From NCBI RefSeq assembly GCF_000175255.2, contig NC_017262.1, positions 1,800,001 to 1,832,000 of the forward strand: DNA of 32,000 nt, written 5' to 3'. The position numbers were made by a program, and so were the translations under genes. This DNA comes from Zymomonas mobilis subsp. mobilis ATCC 10988. GTDB lineage: Bacteria; Pseudomonadota; Alphaproteobacteria; Sphingomonadales; Sphingomonadaceae. The notes under the pieces are model-generated. The model worked only from the letters and a program-made list of their open reading frames with translations, was not told where the DNA came from and ran no database searches. Below are positions 19,457-29,110 of the stretch, one piece after another; the stretch's first letter is position 1, and each line of letters opens with the position of its first letter.

Positions 19457-19930
19457 TTAAGCGTTATTTGATGAACGCAGTTTTTTGGCAACCGTATCCA
19501 GCAAACCGTTTACGAAATTCTTTTCTTGACGGTCATAGAAGGCATTCGCAACGTCAATATATTCGCTGATAACCGTTGCGGTTGGAACATCGGGACGAGC
19601 CAATAATTCATAAGTTCCGGCGCGCAAAATCTGGCGCATCGGACGATCTAAGCGATCGAGGCTCCATCTTTCCGACAGATTTTCAGAAATAACGCGATCT
19701 ATTTCTTCACAACGCGTACCAACCCCTCTGACAATATCGTCAAAAAAGCTCGGTTCGGCCTTGGTATAGGTCGCATCTTCAATCGTCGCGCCTAAACGAT
19801 ACTGATGGAATTCATCCAACAGAATATTGAGCGGCGTTTTTTCCATTTCGCGTTGATAGAGTGCCTGAACGGCAGCCAATCTGGCTGCCGAACGGGCGTT
19901 TTTATGAGGGCGTTTTTGCGTTTGCGCCAT
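19457..19930 (-). CDS. nusB: Transcription antitermination factor NusB
   Basis: The 157-aa product has the NusB pattern (RSAARLAAVQALYQ…, …RLDRPMRQILRAGTYEL…, …VISEYIDVA…). Its ATG overlaps the hisD stop codon (TAATG). Confidence 0.92.
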   Translation of the reverse strand: MAQTQKRPHKNARSAARLAAVQALYQREMEKTPLNILLDEFHQYRLGATIEDATYTKAEPSFFDDIVRGVGTRCEEIDRVISENLSERWSLDRLDRPMRQILRAGTYELLARPDVPTATVISEYIDVANAFYDRQEKNFVNGLLDTVAKKLRSSNNA

Positions 19931-21222
19931 TATTTATTAAGCCTTGATATCACAGATTCAGCGTGAGCAGGCAGGCCTTCAGCCTTTGCCAAAGTCACGG
20001 CCGCAGGGCCAATCTTACTTAAAGCCTCTTGCGAGCAATTAAGATAAGTGGTGCGCTTCATAAAGTCGATAACCGACAATCCAGAAGAGAAGCGCGCACG
20101 ACGACCGGTTGGCAAAACATGGTTCGGGCCACCAACATAATCGCCGATGGCTTCCGGCGTATAACGGCCAAGGAAGACCGAACCAGAGTGGTGCACATTG
20201 GCAAATAAAGCATCAGGATCGGCCACCGCCAATTCAAGATGTTCCGGTGCCAGACGGTCAACCAAAGCAGGGGCTTCGTCCAAAGACTGCACCAAAATAG
20301 TGGCGCCGTGTTTGTCCCAGCTTTCGCGGGCAACCTTTTGGGTTTCCAGTTTTTCCAGTCTTCTTCCAACGGCTTCGATCGTTTTTTCGATCAAATCTTC
20401 GGAATCAGAAATCAAAATTGACTGGCTGGTCGGGTCATGTTCAGCCTGACTTAAAAGATCGGCCGCCAACCATTCGGGATCGTTGTCCTTATCGGCAACC
20501 ACCACGATTTCAGACGGGCCTGCCACCATATCAATGCCGACCTGACCGTAAAGCTGACGCTTAGCTTCAGCCACCCAAGCGTTACCGGGGCCGACAACGA
20601 CATCAACCGGTTTGATCTTTTCAGTTCCCAAGGCCAAAGCCGCGACAGCCTGTGCGCCACCAATTTTCCAGATTTCATCGACTTCGGAAATCACAGCAGC
20701 GGCAATCACGGCTGGATTGACAAAGCCATCTGGAGTTGGGGTCACCATAACCAGACGCTTCACACCAGCGACCTTTGCTGGCACGGCATTCATCAAAACA
20801 GAAGAACAATAAGCGGCACGTCCACCCGGAACATAAAGACCGGCGGCTTCAACGGCCTGCCAACGAACACCCATACGAACGCCAGCGGCATCGGTCATCT
20901 CGCTGCTTTCAGGCAGCTGGTTTTCGTGGCAGTAACGAATACGGGTCGCAGCCAGTTTTAAAGCGTCCATCAATTCCGAAGGCAGGGAATCACAAGCCTT
21001 CTTGATTTCTTCTTGGGTCAGCTGCCATCCACCCTTATTCAGATCATGACGATCGAATTTCTGGGTCAATTCGGCAATAGCAACGTCACCCCGTTTTTTG
21101 ACATCGGCAATAATGGCCGAGACATCACGGGAAACATCGCCTTCGCTTTCCCGTCTTTCATCAACTAACCGAGTAAAATCAGCTTGGAAATCAGCCTTAC
21201 GGCTATCTAATTTAAGCAACAT
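19930..21222 (-). CDS. hisD: Histidinol dehydrogenase
   Basis: HisD motifs are present throughout (…[25 protein letters not shown]…, …[12 protein letters not shown]…, …SQAEHD…, …[12 protein letters not shown]…). The track start at 21231 is TTG. The ATG at 21222 (MLLKLDS…) is preferred. Confidence 0.94.
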
Positions 21223-21880
21223 TATCCGCAACTCCTACCAAACGGCGGAAATTTTCAACCAAGGGCGCAATATCGCCCGCCCGCATTTTGAACGCGGCAC
21301 GGTTGACAATCAGACGAGCGGAAATCGGCATAATTTTTTCGACTTCAACCAACCCGTTTTCTTCCAAGGTGCGCCCTGACGAGACGAGATCGACAATCCG
21401 GCCCGCAAGACCCAGAGCAGGGGCGATTTCCATCGCACCATTGAGCTTAATACACTCAGCCTGAACCCCGCGAGCCTCGAAATGTCGATGCGTCAAATGC
21501 GGGTATTTGGTAGCAACACGGACATGGCTCCATTCCCGTGGGTCATCATCTTTCGCAAGCCTTTTCGGCTCCGCTATAGAAAGACGACAGTGACCGATAT
21601 CAAGGTCAACTGGCGCATAAAGCTCGGGATAGCTGAATTCTTCAATAACATCGGAACCGACAATACCCATCTGGGCAGCCCCATGCGCAACAAAGGTTGC
21701 AACATCAAAGGCGCGAACCCGAATAATTTCGATATCGGGGCGGTTCGTTTTGAAGCGCAGCAACCGGCTTTCTTTATCCAGAAAGGCCGGCTCAGGAATG
21801 ATACCGGCGGCTTCCAACATAGGAAGCGCCTCTTTCAGAATACGACCTTTCGGGATAGCAAAGACAAGCGGTTTAGTCAT
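21212..21880 (-). CDS. hisG: ATP phosphoribosyltransferase, short form
   Basis: The 222-aa product has HisG motifs ([11 protein letters not shown]…, …[14 protein letters not shown]…). Its length matches the short HisG class that normally works with HisZ. Confidence 0.92.
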
Positions 21881-21968
21881 GATGGAGGTTCCATACCCCT
21901 TGAAGCCCTATTCAGCAAGAAAAGGCGACATAAAAAGGCGAAAAAAAACAGATAAAAGAGAAGTCAGG

Positions 21969-22274
21969 CTATTCCTGCCTTAAAGGCGTGTCCAGTTTCA
22001 GTCTTAAAGCATGAATCCGGTCAGGTAATAGGTCTGATAGCGCCTTATGGACCATTCTTTCCCGACTGATTCGGCTTTCATTTTCAAATGCTTGGGAAAC
22101 AAGGGTTACCGTAAAATGGCTTTCGCTCCGATGCGGATGACCGGCATGACCAGCATGCTTGTTGCTATCATCTTCAATGACCAGTGTCTCCGGCGAGAAA
22201 GCAGCCTCTAAACGTTCCCGCATTAAACGCGTGACGGGGCCTTCATTATTGTCGGATGGACTGGACATATTCAT
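21969..22274 (-). CDS. BolA-family protein
   Basis: The 101-aa product has the BolA pattern (…DDSNKHAGHAG…SHFTVTLVSQAFENESRISRERMVHKAL…IHALRLKLDTP). Confidence 0.85.
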   Translation of the reverse strand: MNMSSPSDNNEGPVTRLMRERLEAAFSPETLVIEDDSNKHAGHAGHPHRSESHFTVTLVSQAFENESRISRERMVHKALSDLLPDRIHALRLKLDTPLRQE

Positions 22275-22596
22275 AAAATTTCCCTCGGCTTTGGGTTTAT
22301 CGCTATAACAGCCTATTCTAAATTGAGATGATTTGAAAATTTTCCAGACTAATTTTTATTTTTAGGCTCGAAGGATGCCAGAATAACGGGATTTTAATGG
22401 CTATTCTTACAGAAAATTCTTGGAAAAATGGCCTGAATGACAAGGCCGTCATCGCGCTTCTCTTCGCAAATGAGGGTTTTAATGGATCGGTAAAAATTTC
22501 GAGGGATAACGGCTTCTCATTTTAAAATATTCAGCAATCTGTCCGATCAAAGAAAGCGGTTATTATCCTTTTACCCTCGATCCTCGAAAATAGGAC

Positions 22597-22625
22597 GGAG
22601 TAGTCTCTTTTAAAAAGACTCCTCC
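22597..22625 (-). terminator. Possible terminator hairpin just downstream of shc
   Basis: The minus strand reads GGAGGAGTCT-TTTTAAAAG-AGACTACTCC, with 9 of 10 stem pairs. It begins ~12 nt after the shc stop codon. The T-tract is poor, so the assignment is tentative. Confidence 0.35.
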
Positions 22626-22637
22626 GCCCCAATATTA

Positions 22638-24815
22638 TCAATTATTCAAATCAATCAGTCTCTCTGCCCGACTTAACGCCATAATCGGGAAGAATTGCCG
22701 ATAAAAATCATAACGCAGCATAAACGCCCGTGACAGTTCAGCGCCTTGAAGCAATCGTTTCGACAAAGCCGGATCATCCAACTTGATCGTCTGACCCACG
22801 CCATAACCGGGGAATCCGGTGCCGGTGAATTCTTCTTCTTTCCAGCTACCATCCTGCTCTTGGCGATCAATCAGATAATGGCATCCCTTGGCAATGGCTT
22901 CATAATCTTCGGGACGATTGGCCGCGATCAACCCCATCAAAGCCCAAGCGGTCTGGGACGGCGTAGTTGGGCCCTTCCCAATGGAATCAATCTCCATATA
23001 GGAAGAGCAGCTTTCGCCCCAACCGCCGTCTTCCTGCTGATGTGCGACCAGCCAATCGCAAGCCTTCGTGATGTAAGGCTGGGTCATATCTTCACCGATC
23101 GCCGCCAAAGCAGGCAGAACCGCACCGGTGCCATAGATATAATTAACGCCCCAACGACCAAACCACGCGCCTTCGGCTTCCTGTTCGGAACGGACATAGT
23201 CGATCGCTTTTTGGATGACCGGCATATCGCGGGACAGTCCCAAGGTGCCAAAGGCCTCTAAAACATGCGCCGTTACATCGACTGAAGGCGGATCAATAGA
23301 TTCTCCGAAATCACAAAAAGGAATTTTGGAAAGGATACTTCTGTTATTATCCTTATCAAAGGCTCCCCAACCGCCACATTCGCTTTGCATGGCGATCAAC
23401 CAATTAACCCCACGGGTAATGGCATCCTCAACGCCTTTCTTTTGCCACTCTTCCTTATCACGATAAGAGGAAAGGGCGATCAAAGCGACGGCGGTATCAT
23501 CGGTATCGGGATAGCGATCATTGGCATATTCAAATGCCCATCCACCGGGTTCAACATCAGGTAGTTTGATTGACCAATCGCCTTTGACTTTGACCTGTCG
23601 AGCCAAAAGCCAATCGGCGGCCTTATCCATTTCCGGCGTAAAACGATCCTCGGCCTTGGCGTCTTTTAACGCCATCAAGGCCAACATTGTATCCCATACC
23701 GGACTATTGGTGGCCTGTATCCAAGAAGACTCGCCTCTGTCATGTCGCCAACCGGGATCATCCAAAGCCGACAAAGCCTTGGCCATCACCGGATGATAAA
23801 GCTGATAGCCTTCACCATGTAACGCCATCAAACCATAGACCCAAGGCGGCTGAATTCCACCCCAACCGCCATCGGCATCCTGATGCCGGATAATCCATTC
23901 CAAAACGTGACGGATAGCGGCTTCACGCAAGCTATTGCGCTTTAACAGATTGGACTGAACCCAATGTAATCCACGGTCAGTGGTTCGGAAAAATTGCGAC
24001 CAAAGATTGATGCCTTCTTTTTTCGGCAATTCATAATCAAAGCGAGCGCGGCCTTCTGGAAACAGTTCATCCAAGCGGTCTTGGGGGCGCAGCGGGCGGC
24101 TTGGTCGTCTCGCGGACAGAATAGCAATCGGCACCATGGTTGCCCGCGCCCATTGGGCAAAATTATAAATCGAAAAGACAAAATTATCAGGGAACCAGAT
24201 AATTTCAGGGGGAAGGTTAGGGGTCTTTTCCCAAGGCCATTCCCCGATCAACGCCAGCCAATAACGGGTAAAGACACGGATATTTTTTAATCCGCCTTTT
24301 TCTGCAATCCATGTTGCCGCTTTTTTCAAAACAGGATTGTCGGCAGAATACCCCAAAGACCGCAAAGCCGCATAGGCTTCAACCGTGGCATTGATATCGC
24401 CATTTCCAGCGCCAAAATAGACCCCCCAAGAGCCATCTTCCCGCTGCATTTCCAAAAGAGCATTGCCCAATCTTGGACGAAGCGGATGATCTTCCAGACC
24501 CAAAAACCACAAGGCCAGACACCATTCTGCTTCCATCGAAGCATTGGATTCCACGGCACCGACCCAATGACCATCGGGCTTTTGTTGTCCGATCAACCAG
24601 TCACAGGCTGAAACAAGGGTATTATTCAGACTATTCCCCATAGTCTTGAATATCGTTTTGTCGACTTTTGCCGTCGGTTCAGGCCGCCGATTCGGTCTTC
24701 TCAGGGTATCCGTTCCGATTATGGTATCGGAAGCCGGTTTATACGAGGTTTTTTCAGCCCCGAAAATCTTCTTCATTAACAAGCGACTTAAGCTATTCAT
24801 TCTGTCAATACCCAT
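22638..24815 (-). CDS. shc: Squalene-hopene cyclase
   Basis: It has multiple QW repeats (…QKPDGHW, QREDGSWG, HQDADGGWG, MQSECGGWG, EQEAEGAWFGRWG, HQQEDGGWGE, RQEQDGSWKE). It has the class-II terpene cyclase catalytic motif DTDDTA (…YPDTDDTAVAL). The start is uncertain: the first 58 aa precede the conserved core, and M59 (24641) is an alternative. Confidence 0.95.
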   Translation of the reverse strand: MGIDRMNSLSRLLMKKIFGAEKTSYKPASDTIIGTDTLRRPNRRPEPTAKVDKTIFKTMGNSLNNTLVSACDWLIGQQKPDGHWVGAVESNASMEAEWCLALWFLGLEDHPLRPRLGNALLEMQREDGSWGVYFGAGNGDINATVEAYAALRSLGYSADNPVLKKAATWIAEKGGLKNIRVFTRYWLALIGEWPWEKTPNLPPEIIWFPDNFVFSIYNFAQWARATMVPIAILSARRPSRPLRPQDRLDELFPEGRARFDYELPKKEGINLWSQFFRTTDRGLHWVQSNLLKRNSLREAAIRHVLEWIIRHQDADGGWGGIQPPWVYGLMALHGEGYQLYHPVMAKALSALDDPGWRHDRGESSWIQATNSPVWDTMLALMALKDAKAEDRFTPEMDKAADWLLARQVKVKGDWSIKLPDVEPGGWAFEYANDRYPDTDDTAVALIALSSYRDKEEWQKKGVEDAITRGVNWLIAMQSECGGWGAFDKDNNRSILSKIPFCDFGESIDPPSVDVTAHVLEAFGTLGLSRDMPVIQKAIDYVRSEQEAEGAWFGRWGVNYIYGTGAVLPALAAIGEDMTQPYITKACDWLVAHQQEDGGWGESCSSYMEIDSIGKGPTTPSQTAWALMGLIAANRPEDYEAIAKGCHYLIDRQEQDGSWKEEEFTGTGFPGYGVGQTIKLDDPALSKRLLQGAELSRAFMLRYDFYRQFFPIMALSRAERLIDLNN

Positions 24816-24830
24816 ACGAAACAGACAAAT

Positions 24831-25397
24831 TTATTTGAATGATGCACGGCCAGCTTGCGCTGACGGCACCAGTTTTTTGATATCGTCGAACACCGTCGCC
24901 CATTCGCTTTCCGACATTTTGATAAAGCCGAGGCTTCTTAGAAAAAAAGCGCCCTCGGCCGCAAAAAGCATGGTGCGGATATGCCTTGCCTCTTCGGATT
25001 GTCCCAAATTTTTCTCCATCCATCTGGCATACCATGCCTGTATTTTCTTCAGATGATTGGGCGATTGCAGTAACGTCACCAACATGCCTACCATGCGGGC
25101 GCTGGTGGCATCATCAATCTGGCTGGATGCCTGCACATAAGCACGGGCTTCTCCGGCGGGACTATCATCCGATTGGCTATATTCCTTTACTTCACAATCA
25201 AAAGCAGCAAACCAGCGGTCAATCAAAGCCGTAATCAAATCGTCTTTGCTACCGAAACAATATTGTAATCCGCCCTTGGTAATGCCCGCCTCTTTGGCCA
25301 CTGCTTCGAGAGTCATTGCGGTTGCGCCTGCTCTTTGAACCAGTTGTTCCGCAGACTTCAAGACCCTTTCCCTGTCAATGGTTCTGGGGCGTGCCAT
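24831..25397 (-). CDS. TetR-family transcriptional regulator
   Basis: It has an N-terminal helix-turn-helix of TetR type (…ERVLKSAEQLVQRAGATAMTLEAVAKEAGITKGGLQYCFGSKDDLI…). The stop codon is 15 nt upstream of the shc start on the same strand. Confidence 0.88.
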   Translation of the reverse strand: MARPRTIDRERVLKSAEQLVQRAGATAMTLEAVAKEAGITKGGLQYCFGSKDDLITALIDRWFAAFDCEVKEYSQSDDSPAGEARAYVQASSQIDDATSARMVGMLVTLLQSPNHLKKIQAWYARWMEKNLGQSEEARHIRTMLFAAEGAFFLRSLGFIKMSESEWATVFDDIKKLVPSAQAGRASFK

Positions 25398-25414
25398 AAA
25401 TACCTCATTATTTC

Positions 25415-25432
25415 ATTCCATCCGGCTGGAAT
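25415..25432. promoter_or_regulatory. Candidate TetR operator (18-bp near-palindrome)
   Basis: ATTCCATCCGGCTGGAAT is symmetric at 16 of 18 positions. It lies 18-35 bp upstream of the tetR ATG, in the 134-bp divergent region shared with the J-domain gene. Confidence 0.4.
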
Positions 25433-25531
25433 TAAACTAGAAATTTTTTACTTTCAAGCTATATCTAAGAAGGATATCGCGAGACAGGAAAGGACAAGGC
25501 TCTTTAACTTCGATATTCCAAGAGCCGGAAT

Positions 25532-26155
25532 ATGGGGACAAGTTTGGCGGAAAGAGACAGAAAAAGCACTTCCGAACGATTCCACGGACGGGTATCAGGG
25601 CAGGATCGCCTTTGCGAGCATCCCGGCTGCACCAAGCTCGGCGAGTTTAAAGCGCCTCGTCAAGCGGGCGAAACACCCCCCGAAGGGGGCGATAGCCGCT
25701 GGCATTGGTTTTGCCTCGAACATGTGCGCGCCTTTAATAATAGCTATAATTATTTTGAAGGCATGTCCGAGGAAGAAATCTATCACGAACAGCGTCCCTA
25801 TAGTGGTTGGGAAACAGAAAGCCGTGCCTTCGCCACCAATGGCAGCACCCCCCCGCCACGCTGGGCTGATTTCAAAGACCCCCTTGATGCGGTGGCTGCC
25901 CGCTTTAAACGATCAGGCGATAAAGGTTTTTTTCATCGCCAAAGCGGAAAGCGTGTTTCCCCTTCTGATGAAAAGGCCTTAAAAACGCTAGGACTTGAAG
26001 CCGGAGCCGATCGGGGTAAACTTCGTAAAAGATATGCCGAATTACTGCGGCGCTATCATCCTGACCGCAATGGAGGCAACCGCTCTTATGAGAAGGCATT
26101 ACAGGATGTTATCGCCGCTTATACGCATTTGAAATCCTCTGCTGTTTTTGCCTAA
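25532..26155 (+). CDS. J-domain protein with C-terminal J domain
   Basis: The C-terminal region is LKTLGLEAGADRGKLRKRYAELLRRYHPDRNGGN…AYTHLK, with the HPD tripeptide. The N-terminal Cys/His-containing segment is CEHPGCTKLGEFKAP…WHWFCLEHVRAFN. The overlapping ORF 25335..25982 in another frame is rejected. Confidence 0.82.
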   Translation: MGTSLAERDRKSTSERFHGRVSGQDRLCEHPGCTKLGEFKAPRQAGETPPEGGDSRWHWFCLEHVRAFNNSYNYFEGMSEEEIYHEQRPYSGWETESRAFATNGSTPPPRWADFKDPLDAVAARFKRSGDKGFFHRQSGKRVSPSDEKALKTLGLEAGADRGKLRKRYAELLRRYHPDRNGGNRSYEKALQDVIAAYTHLKSSAVFA

Positions 26156-26183
26156 TATCACAAGTTATTCTCAAGGAAAGATC

Positions 26184-27167
26184 ATGGCTGAGTTCGACAA
26201 TTTTCAATCTGACAGTGAAACGGTTCTCGACGCGCCGGATATCAAGGTAAAGGTAAGGGATGTCTTCGGCATTGATTCCGATATGGAAGTCCCTGCTTTT
26301 TCGATTGCCGATGAACGGGTGCCGGATCTTGATCCAGCTTATATCTTCGACAAAGAAACGACCCTCGCGATTTTGGCAGGCTTTGCCTATAATCGGCGGG
26401 TAATGGTGCAGGGCTATCACGGCACCGGTAAATCTTCTCATATCGAACAGATCGCTGCACGGCTGAAATGGCCGACCATGCGCGTCAATCTCGATGCCCA
26501 TATCAGCCGTATCGACTTAATCGGCCGCGATGCAATCGTGCTGCGCGATGGTCAGCAGATCACCGAATTTCAAGAAGGCATCCTGCCTTGGGCTTTGCAA
26601 ACGCCAACAGCCTTGGTGTTTGACGAATATGATGCCGGTCGTCCTGATGTGATGTTCGTGATCCAACGCGTTTTGGAAACCAGTGGCAAGCTGACTTTAC
26701 TGGATCAAAATCGTGTTATCCGCCCCAATCCTTATTTCCGTTTGTTCGCAACCGCGAATACCGTTGGCTTGGGCGATACCAGCGGCCTTTATCACGGCAC
26801 GCAACAAATTAACCAAGGCCAAATGGATCGTTGGAATATCGTTACAAGGCTGAATTACCTCCCGTCTGAAACGGAAGAAAAGATCATCCTTGCCAAACGC
26901 CCCGACTATGACAGCGAAGAAGGTAAAAAGCTGATTGCCCGTATGGTCAACGTTGCAGACCTGACCCGCGCAGGCTTTATCAACGGCGATATCTCAACCG
27001 TGATGAGTCCTAGAACCGTTTTAAGCTGGGCTGAAAATGAATCCATTTTCAAAGACACGGCTTTTGCCTTCAAGGTTTCTTTCCTGAATCGTTGTGACGA
27101 ATCCGAAAGACCGCTGGTGGCTGAATATTACCAACGTGTTTTTGGTCAGGATTTACCGCTGGACTAA
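26184..27167 (+). CDS. cobS: CobS-type AAA+ ATPase (annotated family: cobaltochelatase subunit CobS; MoxR-like)
   Basis: Walker A is GYHGTGKSS and Walker B-like is ALVFDEYDAG. The N-terminus is typical of CobS (…PDIKVKVRDVFGIDSDMEVPAFS…). The ATG at 26184 is preceded by AAGGAAAG. The track's TTG at 26148 would overlap the upstream gene. Confidence 0.88.
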   Translation: MAEFDNFQSDSETVLDAPDIKVKVRDVFGIDSDMEVPAFSIADERVPDLDPAYIFDKETTLAILAGFAYNRRVMVQGYHGTGKSSHIEQIAARLKWPTMRVNLDAHISRIDLIGRDAIVLRDGQQITEFQEGILPWALQTPTALVFDEYDAGRPDVMFVIQRVLETSGKLTLLDQNRVIRPNPYFRLFATANTVGLGDTSGLYHGTQQINQGQMDRWNIVTRLNYLPSETEEKIILAKRPDYDSEEGKKLIARMVNVADLTRAGFINGDISTVMSPRTVLSWAENESIFKDTAFAFKVSFLNRCDESERPLVAEYYQRVFGQDLPLD

Positions 27168-27173
27168 TATGTA

Positions 27174-29036
27174 ATGAAAGAGCCGCGCACCATGGCTGAC
27201 GATACCCAATTCGATAAATTCCGGCAGTATTTAAGCGGTGTTGCCCGTGCGATTGCGGATAAGCCTGGTCTGGATGTCCGTTTTACGACCCAAACGCCTT
27301 CAATGAAGGATAGTGTGATCTCGGTGCCGATGCCCGACAGATTGCTTTCGCCTGAAAATGTAGCTTTGGCGCGTGGGGTAACCGACGCTTTCGCCTTGAA
27401 AGCAAAATGGCATAATCCGCTGTTACATGCCGAAAAAAGACCGATAGATGCCCAAGCCAGCCATATCCTCGATGGGCTGGAACAAGCACGGGTAGAATCG
27501 CTTGGCGCGCAAGCGATGGATGGCGTGCGGCAAAATTTGAAAGTGGCCTTGGAATCCGAATTATCCAAGACCAATTTGTCGCAAATCAAAATTCGGGAAG
27601 AAGTGCCGTTAGACATCGCCCTGCCGCTGTTATTGCGGGAAAGAATGACCGGCGATGCCCCGCCAGAATCGGCTAAAAAAGCCTTGGAGCTCTTGCGCCC
27701 TTGGGTAGCAGAAAAGGCCGATCAAGCCTTGGATGCGTTGGCGCAATCGGCTTCCGATCAATCGAGTTTCACCTCTCAAGCCTTAAATCTGTTGCAAGAT
27801 TTACAAATCATCTCGCTACAAGATCAGCCGGAAACCAAGCCCACGGATTCTGATGATGCCAATGGCGAAGATGAGGATGAAACACCGAAAGGGGCAGAAA
27901 GCAAACCCGATCAAGGCGATGAAGACAGCAGCAGCGAAGCCACCGAAATGAAGGGGCAGGGGCAACAAGCCGATGACTCGGAGGAAATAACCTCTTCTAC
28001 CAGTCATGACGGTGAAGACGGTGAAGAACAAGAAAATGGCGGCGGCGATGACGAAGGTGAAGGATTATCTCCCGATGCCTCCGGCCAGAAAATGCTTTCA
28101 CCTAATGCCTTTGATTATAAAATCTATACGACGCGCTATGACGAGGTCGTCGCTGCCCATGATCTCTGCGATGAAGAGGAATTGCGGCGGCTGCGTTCTT
28201 ATCTCGATCAGCAGTTAAACGCCCTTCATGGCATGGTGACACGGCTGGCCAATCGCCTTCAACGCCGATTACAGGCGCAGCAAAACCGCCATTGGGACTT
28301 CGATCAGGAAGAAGGCCTGTTGGACTCCGCTCGTTTATCACGCGTGGTCGCCAATCCTTTGTTGCCTCTTAGCTATAAGATCGAAAGAGAGGCCAGCTTT
28401 AAAGATACAGTCGTTACCGTCCTGATCGACAATTCTGGTTCGATGCGCGGACGCCCTATTTCAATCGCCGCGATTTCTACGGATATTTTGGCTCGGACAT
28501 TGGAACGTTGCGGGGTCAGAACCGAGATTCTCGGCTTTACAACGCGGGCATGGAAAGGCGGCAACAGCCGCGAAGATTGGATGAATAATGGTCGTCCAGC
28601 AGCCCCGGGGCGCTTAAATGATCTAAGGCATATTATTTATAAAGAAGCAGACGAACCGTGGCGGCGAGCGAAAAATTCGCTTGGCCTGATGATGCGGGAA
28701 GGGTTGTTAAAAGAAAATATCGACGGCGAAGCCTTATTATGGGCGCATAATCGCCTTTTGGCACGGCAAGAAGATCGCCGTATCCTGATGGTGATTTCCG
28801 ATGGTGCGCCGGTGGATGATTCCACACTTTCCGTCAACAGTAGCAGCTTTCTTGAAAAGCATCTTCGGAAAGTCATCGACTGGATTGAGAATAAATCACC
28901 GGTAGAATTGCTGGCGATTGGTATCGGCCATGATGTGACCCGCTATTATAAACGGGCTGTAACGCTGATGGATGCTGAGCAACTGGGCGGCGCTATTGTC
29001 GAACAACTGGCGGCGCTTTTTGACGATAAAAAATAG
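27174..29036 (+). CDS. cobT: CobT-type VWA-domain protein (annotated family: cobaltochelatase subunit CobT)
   Basis: It has the CobT N-terminal pattern (…[23 protein letters not shown]…). An acidic low-complexity linker follows. The C-terminal VWA domain has a MIDAS-type motif ([11 protein letters not shown]) and …[12 protein letters not shown]…. Confidence 0.88.
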   Translation: MKEPRTMADDTQFDKFRQYLSGVARAIADKPGLDVRFTTQTPSMKDSVISVPMPDRLLSPENVALARGVTDAFALKAKWHNPLLHAEKRPIDAQASHILDGLEQARVESLGAQAMDGVRQNLKVALESELSKTNLSQIKIREEVPLDIALPLLLRERMTGDAPPESAKKALELLRPWVAEKADQALDALAQSASDQSSFTSQALNLLQDLQIISLQDQPETKPTDSDDANGEDEDETPKGAESKPDQGDEDSSSEATEMKGQGQQADDSEEITSSTSHDGEDGEEQENGGGDDEGEGLSPDASGQKMLSPNAFDYKIYTTRYDEVVAAHDLCDEEELRRLRSYLDQQLNALHGMVTRLANRLQRRLQAQQNRHWDFDQEEGLLDSARLSRVVANPLLPLSYKIEREASFKDTVVTVLIDNSGSMRGRPISIAAISTDILARTLERCGVRTEILGFTTRAWKGGNSREDWMNNGRPAAPGRLNDLRHIIYKEADEPWRRAKNSLGLMMREGLLKENIDGEALLWAHNRLLARQEDRRILMVISDGAPVDDSTLSVNSSSFLEKHLRKVIDWIENKSPVELLAIGIGHDVTRYYKRAVTLMDAEQLGGAIVEQLAALFDDKK

Positions 29037-29060
29037 CCGGAAAATCATGATGGTTGCCAC

Positions 29061-29092
29061 AAAAAAAAGCCCGATAAAATCGGGCTTTTTTA
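29061..29092. terminator. Bidirectional rho-independent terminator between convergent cobT and ssb
   Basis: The sequence is AAAAAAAA-GCCCGAT-AAAA-ATCGGGC-TTTTTT. It is a perfect GC-rich stem flanked by an A-tract and a T-tract. Confidence 0.8.
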
Positions 29093-29110
29093 TTATAAGA
29101 AAGGCCAATC

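Noticed and set aside
22398-22526. 42-codon ORF (+) in the bolA-shc intergenic region (MAILTENSWKNGLNDKAVIALLFANEGFNGSVKISRDNGFSF)
   Set aside because: It has no ribosome-binding site and no recognisable motif, and it is short. It is likely a chance ORF in a promoter region.
25335-25982. 215-aa ORF (+) spanning the tetR start, the intergenic region and part of the J-domain gene
   Set aside because: It runs antisense to tetR and out of frame with the J-domain gene, which has clear family motifs. Its product shows no recognisable features.
27820-28078. Acidic D/E/S/G-rich low-complexity stretch that looks like a repeat or a separate element
   Set aside because: It is in frame within cobT and matches the acidic linker typical of CobT-family proteins. 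The antisense ORFs here (27816..28031 and others) are artefacts of the composition.
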